Positions 9,437 through 19,593 of a stretch of 64,000 nucleotides of DNA are shown piece after piece. The DNA comes from Corallochytrium limacisporum Hawaii (lineage: Eukaryota > Protista > Pluriformea). The stretch lies in contig PDIP01000134.1 of the NCBI GenBank assembly GCA_002811645.1, positions 9,484 through 73,483 on the forward strand, in the 5' to 3' direction. A model generated the notes under the pieces. The model did not search any database and had not been told where the DNA came from. It was given only the letters and a program-made list of their open reading frames with translations. The position numbers and the translations under genes are program-made. The first letter of the stretch is position 1, and each line of letters opens with the position of its first letter.

Positions 9437-10900
9437 GCGTGAGGCCTGTGTGAAGTTTTTGCGGCGGGAGCGGAATTCTGAGCAAGGACATGAACATCTT
9501 TCAAACCCGAATCCGGCCACATCATCGGCCAATCAAACTTATTGGACCACTTGATGTTGGTGGTGTCGTGGTTGATGACCACAATCCCTCCTCAACAGGT
9601 CTCACGTCCTTTGGCTAGTACTTCACAACAACGAGGCTCAGTACAGTACTGTATACAGTTGGGTTGAGCTTAAATTTCTGCTCGCAAAGGTTGGCATCAA
9701 TCGCTTCTTTCTTCTTAGAGAGGTTGTCAGACAATCCTAATAAAAGTGGAATCTTAGGTATTGTGACGACGTTGTGACGATAGATTCAGCAGCATGAGCA
9801 GGGACATATCTCTGGAATAATGTTTCATTGGTCTGCCTCTTCCTCGTTTTTTTGAACAATAGTTGCGATAGGCCCGTTCTCCTTTCCTGTTTCGCTAATT
9901 TAGCATTAAGCGCTGAATTCCCTCAATTCTATGTTACGCTTTTGCGTAAAGGATTCTACAGGAGCACCCCGAGTGCACCGAAGAGTGGATCTCATCACCA
10001 ACAAGGTACCGTCCGTGCCTGATAAGGAAAATGCGTTGGAAGACGACTTACAAATAAAAACAGGACAATCGAATGCTTACAATTGCAGAAACCAGAGCAG
10101 TTCCAGACAAACACCACCATGGTAGAAAAAGGCAAGTACATATTTACAGTTGCGAGAAACAGAACATTTGCTGACAAACGGCCATGGTGTAACGTGCAAT
10201 TCTTGCTATTCTTCGTGAATCACTTTGAATATAATATGCTAAAGCACAGGTGACCCCACCCCATCTGATGCCCGGGACCCAGTACCAGCGACACACGCTG
10301 TAATGGACAAAAATAACCGTTGTTCGGGTACTCTCTCGAGTTGCTATGGCCCCAGTACGCTGGCCTCTTCTGGATGTATGTGCAGTCGGTTGGGCCCCTC
10401 TACCCCGGAAATCAGATGAAGGTCAGTGTTCGATGTATCTGTTCCAGTTCGGCCCTGGCGACAAAGCCAACCCGTGTTGGCACCAGTGTTGGCATCCGTC
10501 TTTTCTTCGCACAGATCGATGGATTCGGGTTGATAAAGGACAATGATAGTCCATATCCGCCACGAATACCTAACCTGTATGGACCCTGTAGGGTCAACAC
10601 TGTCATGCTCTTCATCAAACCAACCGCCATGCTCCTAATCAACCCCGCCATCATGATCCCAATCAAAGCTGACTCAACTTGAACACTAATTCTCTTAATA
10701 ATCGTTATCATTCTTTGGTCTCTGCGCACTTCAGTCCCACAACCAGCTGACCTGCGCAACGCTAGCGACAGCGGCAACACCCGCGTCAGCATCCGAAAGC
10801 AGAGCCGCAGCCCCGCTGGCATTTCTCCTGTCAACTGCGTGGGACCAGTCGAGTTTGGGAAAACGGTTCCCCTCCCCGGCCTGAGAGTTGGGGGGAGGGT

Positions 10901-11115
10901 NNNNNNNNNNNNNNNNNNNNNNNNNNNNNNNNNNNNNNNNNNNNNNNNNNNNNNNNNNNNNNNNNNNNNNNNNNNNNNNNNNNNNNNNNNNNNNNNNNNN
11001 NNNNNNNNNNNNNNNNNNNNNNNNNNNNNNNNNNNNNNNNNNNNNNNNNNNNNNNNNNNNNNNNNNNNNNNNNNNNNNNNNNNNNNNNNNNNNNNNNNNN
11101 NNNNNNNNNNNNNNN
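10901..11115. other. Assembly gap (N) flanked by G-rich tracts
   Basis: Run of N. Confidence 0.99.
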
Positions 11116-11777
11116 GGGGGAAGGGGGGACGGGGGAAGGAAAAATGGAGGTAGACGGATGGATGGCCTTTGGGGAAGGGGGGCCTCCCTCCCCTCCCCGG
11201 GGGGGGAGGCCGTAAGGGGGTCGAAAATAGGCCCCTAATTCCACAGGCTTAAATCTGGGATTGTTTCCCGGAGAAACTTCCCCTTTGAGGGTGTGTGTGG
11301 TGGGGGTTATGGTGCGGACTTGTTCTGGGGTATTTCGATTTCGTGTTCTTGCGTTCCCATCCTCTAGGCGGCCCGCTTTGTCCCGACATGCCTCACCATC
11401 ATCACGATCACTGTACCGCCGGTGTACCACAACGGGGCCCAAATTTGCCCCCCCCCCCAGCCCGCGCGTTTCCATTCTTTTTTCTTCCTTTCCATTTTTT
11501 TTTTTTTTTTGGCTTTTGTTCTCTTTGGTTTTTGATGAACCACTGCGAAATATTCATCTTTTCCGGAATTGGTGGTTTTTTTTCTTCTTTTTTTTGGTTC
11601 TGCGCTTGGTGCGCAAGGCAGTACCCACCCTGGGCCCGTTCGGACGCACCAGTTGCCCTGGACCCCCGCGAGGGAAGGGGGGGGCCCTGCACAAGCAAAT
11701 TGGTTTGCAGAGTGGCGCAGGCTATGTGCTGATGCCGTGGTACGTACGTCGTATGCGCGCTAGGCACCACCACTACG

Positions 11778-11919
11778 TTCCTTTACATAGATTAATGGGC
11801 TGTTAATAAACTTTAAACTGTGAATATGTACAGCAGCATGCTTGACATATGCAAACCACAGGCCAAACAGAATGACCCTGGGCGCTGTCTCCCGGGCGTT
11901 CCTGCAACGGCTATAAGAC
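11778..11919 (+). repeat. ~150-bp dispersed direct repeat, copy 3 of 3
   Basis: CATGCTTGACATATGCAAA at 11837-11855, followed by GGCGCTGTCTCCCG. Confidence 0.8.
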
Positions 11920-12221
11920 TCACGTTTTGCTATGGATAGTGACTGCCATGCTTTGTACTAGACTATAAAGTGTTCAAGTTGGTTTGACAGATTTAATCAG
12001 GAGCATGATGGCTGGTTTGATTAGGAACATGACATTTCGTTTGATGACTAGCCAACAACTAATTCGCCACGTACGGGGAAGCGTTTTGCGATATCGCACG
12101 ACTGGCACTTAGGGGCTCCTCCTCTCTCCTTCAAAACGTTCTCCTCAACTCCATGCCAATGGGTTGCCTTCCTTGAGAAGTACAAAGCATGGCAGTTACT
12201 ATCCATAGCAAAAGGTGAGTC

Positions 12222-12818
12222 TTATTTGTTGTGGTAGTAGCATTCACCACCCAGCTGAACAGTGCAATCCATCGGCCACTCAGACTCTTCATCGCTAGAG
12301 ACGAAATCATTCCAGTAGACCTTCTTGCCGATATCTTTTACGGTGATCGGAGGCACGACGTGGTGATCAACATGATCTATCACAAAGTTCATGATGCTGA
12401 GATCTTCAGTTCGGCCCCACAAGCAATAGCCGACTTCGAAGCCATCCTCCACATACTCCAAATTTTCAATGCCGGGTCCGCGAGGTTCTCTGAAAGGGTA
12501 CGCATGGCATTCTTTAGTTTCCTCGCCTTCCTCAGTGTCGTAAAGGTAATCTGCAGAGGGTATAAAATGCTCTGAAGACAAAGTCACGTAAAATCCCCAC
12601 AGCAGCTCGGGACAGTCTTCGAAACAGTCAGTCCGGACACATTCAGCCTCTTCGACCCAAAACCGACACTTGACCTGTTTCTCGGTCACAGATGACTCGG
12701 ACAAGGTAGCATCCAGAGGGGTGACGTTGCCTTTGCTTCGAATATCGGCAGCCGTACCAGCAGCCGCAGTGGCCTGGACCATAGCCACGATACCTGTGAC
12801 GGTAGTAATGAACTTCAT
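12222..12818 (-). CDS. Secreted acidic Cys-containing protein of unknown family, paralog B (198 aa)
   Basis: Likely start MKFITTVTGIVAMVQATAAA at 12818 (matches paralog A MKFLTT); conserved Cys pattern; upstream box AGATATTTAAGG at 12902-12913. Confidence 0.85.
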   Translation of the reverse strand: MKFITTVTGIVAMVQATAAAGTAADIRSKGNVTPLDATLSESSVTEKQVKCRFWVEEAECVRTDCFEDCPELLWGFYVTLSSEHFIPSADYLYDTEEGEETKECHAYPFREPRGPGIENLEYVEDGFEVGYCLWGRTEDLSIMNFVIDHVDHHVVPPITVKDIGKKVYWNDFVSSDEESEWPMDCTVQLGGECYYHNK

Positions 12819-12901
12819 AGCAATTTCGTCGTGGGTGCTGCTCAAGTAGGGGACTTGTGGTTCTGCGGCTTGATCTGATCCGAATTCAAGATCGGCACGA
12901 T

Positions 12902-12913
12902 CCTTAAATATCT
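12902..12913 (-). promoter_or_regulatory. TATA-like box AGATATTTAAGG
   Basis: 84-95 bp upstream of the ATG at 12818, same spacing as paralog A. Confidence 0.55.
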
Positions 12914-14562
12914 GTATGTGACAGTTTGGACTCACAGTAATGTACATCTTTTGGCACAGTATTCGCACAGTCGTACAGTTGGCATGTCTTTGGCTGTTCG
13001 TGGATAATCAGTAGTACCAGGAAAGGAAAGTGTGCCAGCTACTAGACATATAAGGCCACTGGTCTAGAGCTACACAATCTCCGGATATTCTCTTCGCGAT
13101 TGGGATGGACAAGTCACGTTTGAACCAGTAACAACCCTTGAATATGCCCACATTGTAGCGGAGCCGCCATCACCGAGGAATCGTGGGTCTTCTTGATATC
13201 CAACGGGTCCTCTGCATCCCCGTTTCGTACAGTCTTTGTCGCGCATGGCGATGAAAACTTATTTCCCAAACCTGCACTACCATTCGTAAGGGCCCCGAAC
13301 TGCAAAACGATTGTGCGACCCTACGGTTCTCCCACCATGGTGCATAACGTATTAGGAAAGTGATTTTACCTCTTCTGGCGGCTGTCCCACATCAGCGCCG
13401 TCCCTGACAACAATGTGACACAATTCGCTTGCGTGTGTCCATCGATATCCACAGACTGTACAACACAAGCTTGGACCTTAAAGACCAACTTGGCCAGGCA
13501 CCTTTCCGTGTTTATTACGCGTACGTGAGGGACGAATTGTTTCATCATGGCGGCACAATCGCTTTCCTTGAGCGTCACATTCCAAGTACGGCCACGGATA
13601 TCTTGGTTGAGAGATTGCTAATGGCAAGAATTTAGAGGAATGATGATAGCATGTACTGTACTTTCTGTAAACGGATGGCTTGCATTCGCAAGCACAATGG
13701 GATTGATATCACGGAACCCGGATGCCTATTCCAAATATCAAGATTGTACAGGAAAGACGAGATCGCCCTTCCGATCAGGCTGTACTTAATCTGAATCTCC
13801 ACAGCTGAAAATCCTATCGTTAGGTACTTCTCGCTCTCCCTGCTCTCCCTCCACTCCAGAACCACAAAACACCTGACTCCCACCGCCGGCCGCACACAGC
13901 ACGGCCCCTCCTGTCGACCGCGCCCCACCGGAGCGCCCCGAAAGCAGGGAGGCCCGGGGAGGGGGGGAGGTTGGAGCAGGGGCAGGGGCAGAGCGGAGTT
14001 TGTATCAATTTTTTACTATAGTAATAGGTGGTATTTTTTTTTTTTTTGAGGTAGAGCGCGGGGGGGAGAGAGAGTAAAGAAAGGAGGCCGGCAACCCCTG
14101 CGGGGGTTCTCCAGCTGCACCAAAGGCAGAGAGCGTTGAGGGAGGGAGTCCAATTCCTTCGCGGCCGGTTTGCCAGGGGCAGGTGCCGTGAGGAACCGGG
14201 CAGAGTTTTGAACGCCGTACCTGAGGGTGCGGCTGCGGTGCCCATGGCGTGAGCGCGAACAAAGCTACGTGCGTGTGTAGCGGCAACGCCAAACCCTTGA
14301 AATCCCGCCTGAAAGAAAGGACACCTAACAGTCCAGTTGAATTCAGCGACGATCTAGTGGTAAGGAGGCACATACTTAGCCACCAAGTACAACATGTTAG
14401 GGATTGTAGACAAACGGAATTACGTGGTATTGGGGTTCGTTTGGAACTCTTTCTTTCTTGGAGTAATAAAGTTTATTTGTTGGCCTCCTTCGTACCGACA
14501 ACTGACAGAAGAGCTGGCTTTATCGATGCGGTTACAAGCAACAATCTCGCAGAACCAGGCGT

Positions 14563-15246
14563 TTAGGCTACAACATTGCCTTCAACAACACCACCGGTTG
14601 CGACATTATCGTCGTCGGACCCCTTGCTAACGAAACCAAGACCGTCAGCGCCGGCAACCGAGCTACCTGCACCGGCGACGCCTGCGCCACTGGCAGCGCG
14701 TACACCGCGCCCAAGGCCCTTACCTGCGCCGGCAACCTCGGCACCTGCACCAGCAACCTCGGCACCTGCACCGGCAAAGCCTGTGCCACTGGCAGCGCGC
14801 ACACCGCGCCCAAGACCCTTACCTGCGCCGGCAACCTCGGCACCTGCACCGGCAACCTCGGCACCTGCACCGGCAACCTCGGCACCTGCACCGGCAACCT
14901 CGGCACCTGTTCCGGCAACCTCGGCACCTGCACCGGCGACGCCTGCGCCTGCACCGGCAACGCCTGCACCACTGGCAGCGCGCACACCGCGCCCAAGGCC
15001 CTCACAGCCAGAGGCACTCTGTTCACAGTCAACAGCAGGAATCTGGCCAAAGGCATCAGAGCTCAGGTTCACAGGACTCTCAGGATCGGCAACGCCAACG
15101 GCACCTGCGCCAGTGACACCGCGCACAATGCGCCCAAGGCCCTCACAGCCAGAGGCACTCAGTTCGCAGTCAACATCAGGAATAGGAGCGGCAGCGATGC
15201 CACTGATCATGGTCATTGCCATAGTGAGATACGCAGTTTTTACCAC
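14563..15246 (-). CDS. Secreted Gly/Ala/Val-rich repeat protein (AGAEVAG repeats; two CxxSASGC loops; four RxVR sites); paralog-aligned start is GTG, first ATG at 15222
   Basis: Signal (V)VKTAYLTMAMTMISGIAAAP matches paralogs at 25444 and 28516; 21-bp repeats GGCAACCTCGGCACCTGCACC; upstream box at 15360-15371. Confidence 0.75.
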   Translation of the reverse strand: MVKTAYLTMAMTMISGIAAAPIPDVDCELSASGCEGLGRIVRGVTGAGAVGVADPESPVNLSSDAFGQIPAVDCEQSASGCEGLGRGVRAASGAGVAGAGAGVAGAGAEVAGTGAEVAGAGAEVAGAGAEVAGAGAEVAGAGKGLGRGVRAASGTGFAGAGAEVAGAGAEVAGAGKGLGRGVRAASGAGVAGAGSSVAGADGLGFVSKGSDDDNVATGGVVEGNVVA

Positions 15247-15359
15247 GATGGCGAATTTCTTTGGATTCTTAAGGTAACTAAGTGTTAAATTTCAACCCGT
15301 CGGGTTCTGTTGATTGTGTGGATGTGATAGATCAGTACAAAGTGAATTACAACCGGAAT

Positions 15360-15371
15360 CTTTAAATACCA
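15360..15371 (-). promoter_or_regulatory. TATA-like box TGGTATTTAAAG
   Basis: 114-125 bp upstream of 15246. Confidence 0.55.
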
Positions 15372-18033
15372 GTATCGACTGACGAAGGAGAAGTTTTCAC
15401 ATTACGTTCAACTGATACCGTCCTGGTGATTACACCACGCATATAAAATTTGTTCCTAGGATTGTTGTCTCTCCTTCTGAAGTATTGCGATGCCTATATC
15501 TCGCTCGTCCATCTGATGCGTGTCATCAAGTTTTATTTCGCGATATGCTTTCTCGATCAACTCTCACCAGAGACACGCAAACAAAAATCCTTGCCCTATT
15601 CGATCGTGCTTTATACATAATAAACAAATTGTGAACATGTACACTCACACAAACCCCCTTTCCCACTCAGTTACTTCCTGCGTTACGGCCCTTTCGGTTC
15701 CCCGCTGTTTCTTGTTGCCCCACATCCACGCGTACTTCTCCCCCCCCCCTCCCCCCCCTTTACCTCCCCCACAACTGCACCGGTCAAATCTACACAAATT
15801 CTTCTCCCGGGGTGGGGTGGGGGCGGGTCAGGTTAGGTTAGGTTAGGCTAGGGTCAAGGCTGGGACGCATATCAGAACAATGTCGGCACTACCCACGCGC
15901 TTGGCCTGGAGGCAGGGCTGGATCTTGGGTTACGGTTTCTCTCCTTCAGAAGGTAACCACGAAAACAACAGGAAAAAACAACAATGGAAACGATTTCACT
16001 CAGAAACAGGATATGCAAAAGGTAAAAAACTCGATGAAAAGACATCCTAACATGCATACTAGCGCCACAATTTGTCCTTTGTTACTTTATGAAAGGCCGT
16101 CCATCCCATCTGGCTTCGAAATATCTGCAACAAACGGACATGCAGGGACATTACCCTGGGGCCCTGTACGCACGCCCCCATAACAACCCCCGGCACATTT
16201 GAGCATATAAAGTGCCGGCGAGTCTTAGTTCACGCGCGTCGTTGGGTCTGAGCAGATCCCAGGATTGCAAATACCTTAAAAAAAAATTAGCTCAGTGGCC
16301 TACCGTTCAGACCCCCGGGTTAGCCGACGGTGGGTGTCCGCTCACAGATCTGGGTACCTAAAAAGTACCCAAAAGTACGGAGGGTTTGACCACTGACAGG
16401 CTGTGTACCAGAGAAATTCCCGTCACCAAATCTGAGGGTCATCGCAAAAATACAAAGGGGGGGGGGGGGAAGGGGAGAGGAATTATATCCTAAGCCAAAG
16501 ATGGAGATCTTGCGCACGTTCGCGCAGTGAACCCCTGAACAGTTGAGTTTTGATTCTGTGGTCTGCTTTACCCCGTGACAGCATCGAATTGAAGCCCGAA
16601 CAATGACGAATAAAGGAAAAACGAAAAAGAAAAACCTTGGACAGATGTGCCTGCCCAAGTAGACCTGATAAAGACTCTCGTCTGGATTACTCATGATGTC
16701 CTGGCGCAGCTGGCCGGGGGTTCAGCACAGTGTCTCACAATGGGAGTAGGCCAGGAATCAATGTGGGCTTGCGAATGGCGTGCGTAATACGGATCCTCTC
16801 ACTGTGTCCGTTTTCAGGAGTGGCAACAGCCTTTTGCGCTGGATTCTGTGAATTCCATCAGTGAAAAAATGATTGCAGTGAAATTCATCAACAGTGCAGA
16901 GCTACTGACAAAAGCTACGGATAAGCCCCCGGGGAAGAGTCTAACGGGGGCTCTCTTGGGTGGATAACGAACATCACAATGCAGCCCCACAGGATAGATC
17001 GATCTCAGCTCTTCAGCGTACTTGGACTGTTAAGCATACTTGCACCGGGGAGCCCGTACGTTACAATGGACCCCACAATCACGAGCAGCAACAAATTCCT
17101 TGAAATGAATCGAGTTGCTCACATATCCATCACTTAAATTTGGATCCGCAGGCCGAGAAATGACGACATTGGACCGTTGCGGACAAAGGAAGGCCATGTG
17201 CCTGTGATCTGACAACTAGTAGCGCAGATTCATGCGGGTTGACCCGCTATAATACACCAGTTGGGTAACAAACTAAGAACACAGAAAGAACAAGCGACAA
17301 AATGGTAGAGCATCCACACCTACGCCGACGACTATATCCTCTGTGGGGTACTACGTACACTGAAACCTTGAATCCTACATGGTCAATGACTAAGCTGGAT
17401 AGGAGCAAGTCTCCCGAATGGGGCATGACATTGCATGGTAGTTCGTTCAACAAAGGATATATTGTGACTCCTGTAGCCTCTTCCAGTTTCTTCCTTGGCC
17501 CTTACCCTAACCCGAACATTTAGGGCCGAATTAGAACACCAAGACCACCTTACTAGGGATAGAGGAACCCCGACAGATCTATTGAAGGACCAGAGTCCAT
17601 GGCATGGTGATGGAATGAGCTGAAAGGTTATCGAACACACACCCGGCATCCGGTCCGTGAGCACCAACCACATCAGACTCCACATAACCAAGTGTCACGC
17701 ACACCGTGACACCGTGACCTTGGGGCGAGAGGAGCAGAAATTCGGCAGCTTTCTTGCTCTCTCTGGCCATCTCAAGGTCCACCAAAGCCGGCGCGAGTAA
17801 TTCAAAAGTTGAAAACATAAAAGTGGGCCCCCCGGGGACAAGAGGAAGGGCGAAGGAGGGGCCCCGCCCCTGGAAAAGTTAGATCCCTAAATTCCACACC
17901 ATAAACCCGGAGATGTCCTTTTAGGACTGCTTTGAGAGGTTGGTTACTGTGATGACTGTTTCTTCTTCTTTCCGTACCCCTGTTTTCTCGTCGGTTTCTT
18001 AAACCCTCTAAGAAAAGCCCCCGGCCCAACATG

Positions 18034-18138
18034 CCTCACCATCATCACGATCAACCTCACCATCATCACAATCAACCTCACCATCATCACAATCAACCTC
18101 ACCATCATCACGATCAACCTCACCATCATCAAGATCAA
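18034..18138 (+). repeat. 21-bp minisatellite (CCTCACCATCATCACRATCAA) x5
   Basis: Units start at 18034, 18055, 18076, 18097 and 18118; a single homologous unit lies at 11391-11410. Confidence 0.95.
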
Positions 18139-18726
18139 CTTCAAAGTCATCTCTCTCTCTCTTCTCTCGGGTGCGTGTGTGCGCGTTCGGACTCCAACAG
18201 CGCACGCCCCCGGCGGGCACACACCCCGCAATGTATTCTTCGGGCACACGATTCAATATTCATACATTGTCTACCAATACCCAGCACTTGGTAGCTTGTA
18301 AAACGGAAATTCAAAGTGTATACACAGAAATACACGCCCTAATATACAATTCCTTTGGTGGTTTACAGAGAGAAATGAGGAGGAGGGGGGCCAAACGTTT
18401 AAAAAAAAATACCACCCATAATTCAAGATTTTTTAAGAAAATGAAAGAAAGACAGAATTTTTTTAAAAAAAAAAAAAAAAGAGAAATTGCTAATAAAAAA
18501 GCCTTCTTCTCCCCCTCCCCCCCCCTTCTTTTGTTAGGCGTCTGACGTATTTTCTTGGCGATTGTTTCATACCAACTTCTTCCCTCCTCCTCCTTTGTTG
18601 CTGCCCTCTCCCTCCCTTTTTACCCCCCCCCCGCGCGGGTTTTCTGGCTTTGGTTGGGGAGGTTTTTCACATTAGGCAAAAGCCGGAGGAGGGAGGGCGG
18701 GCGCCGGGAGAAGAGAAGGGGGGAGG

Positions 18727-18967
18727 NNNNNNNNNNNNNNNNNNNNNNNNNNNNNNNNNNNNNNNNNNNNNNNNNNNNNNNNNNNNNNNNNNNNNNNNNN
18801 NNNNNNNNNNNNNNNNNNNNNNNNNNNNNNNNNNNNNNNNNNNNNNNNNNNNNNNNNNNNNNNNNNNNNNNNNNNNNNNNNNNNNNNNNNNNNNNNNNNN
18901 NNNNNNNNNNNNNNNNNNNNNNNNNNNNNNNNNNNNNNNNNNNNNNNNNNNNNNNNNNNNNNNNNNN
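18727..18967. other. Assembly gap (N)
   Basis: Run of N between GA-rich tracts. Confidence 0.99.
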
Positions 18968-19504
18968 AGGGAGGGAGGGAGGGAGGGGCACTGGAACCAA
19001 CGAAGAAGGGAGAAAAATCTGGGGAACCCCCGCTGCGGTTTTCCTAGCGACCGAGCCAAGAAAAAAGGTTTCTAACTCTCTCTCTCCCACTCTCTCTCTG
19101 TTTTTTTTTTACATTTCTTTTTCTATTGTGGCTCTGGAGGGCGGTGTATTCGCTATAGCGGAGCAGACACCCAGGAGTTCCTTTTTTTGTGGAAACCCTT
19201 TCTCCGCGATGGCGAATGGACGTTGCTTTTGCGAGGCACGGACAGCTTGCGTTTGGCCTTTGGCATGAAGCCATGGGATCTCCTTTTTTTGGGGGATTGA
19301 CACTGGCTCACGGCTAAGCCTAGAGATGATCAGCACATAGCAAGGTTTTATGTTTTGTCTCTCGGCTTGCATCCGTCTTCACTCATGGGCGTAGGGTGAT
19401 TTTACCCGTTGTCTGAGAAGCTCTGGACTAAGATCGTGGACTGAAGTGTTGCTCGAGATGAGAATCGTTGAGGGGAGTTCTGCATGGATAGCTTCCAGTT
19501 AGAC

Positions 19505-19515
19505 ACGTATAAAAG
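19505..19515 (+). promoter_or_regulatory. TATA box ACGTATAAAAG
   Basis: 79-89 bp upstream of the ankyrin gene ATG. Confidence 0.55.
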
Positions 19516-19593
19516 CTCTAGAATACATTTGGAGAGATCTGAATGGCTTGTTGTGTGATCAAAAGAAATTCAAAGTCTGCTGCAAAGTGAACC

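Larger units (their letters stand above)
13420..17500 (+). repeat. Segmental duplication, copy 1 (direct repeat of ~23125-27920)
   Basis: Collinear blocks, e.g. ACCTTTCCGTG, TAGCATGTACTGT, TTGAAATCCCG.CTGAAAGAAAGGACACC, GAAGTATTGCGATGCCT, GGACAAAGGAAGGCCATGTGCCTGTGATCTGACAACTAGTAGCGCAGATTCATGCGGGTTGACCC. Boundaries approximate. Confidence 0.9.

Noticed and set aside
13114-13635. Faint ankyrin-like fragments (DLKDQLGQAP; MAAPLQCGHIQGLLLV)
   Set aside because: On opposite strands and lacking the TPLH core; too weak.
14576-15277. Long + strand ORFs over the repeat genes (also 24586-25167, 24770-25465)
   Set aside because: Antisense shadows of stop-poor GC-rich repeats; signal peptide, paralogy and the TATA box all support the minus strand.
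15829-15853. (GGTTA)n telomere-like run
   Set aside because: Only about 3 perfect units; too short to call an interstitial telomere.
17030-17215. Minus-strand ~55-61 aa ORF kept in both duplication copies (27543-27728)
   Set aside because: Differences are mostly nonsynonymous and include a frameshifted stretch, so there is no sign of protein-level selection.
18031-18294. His-rich ORF (PHHHHNQ repeats) as a metal-binding protein
   Set aside because: Arises from the 21-bp minisatellite, which is open in multiple frames; no promoter or other support.
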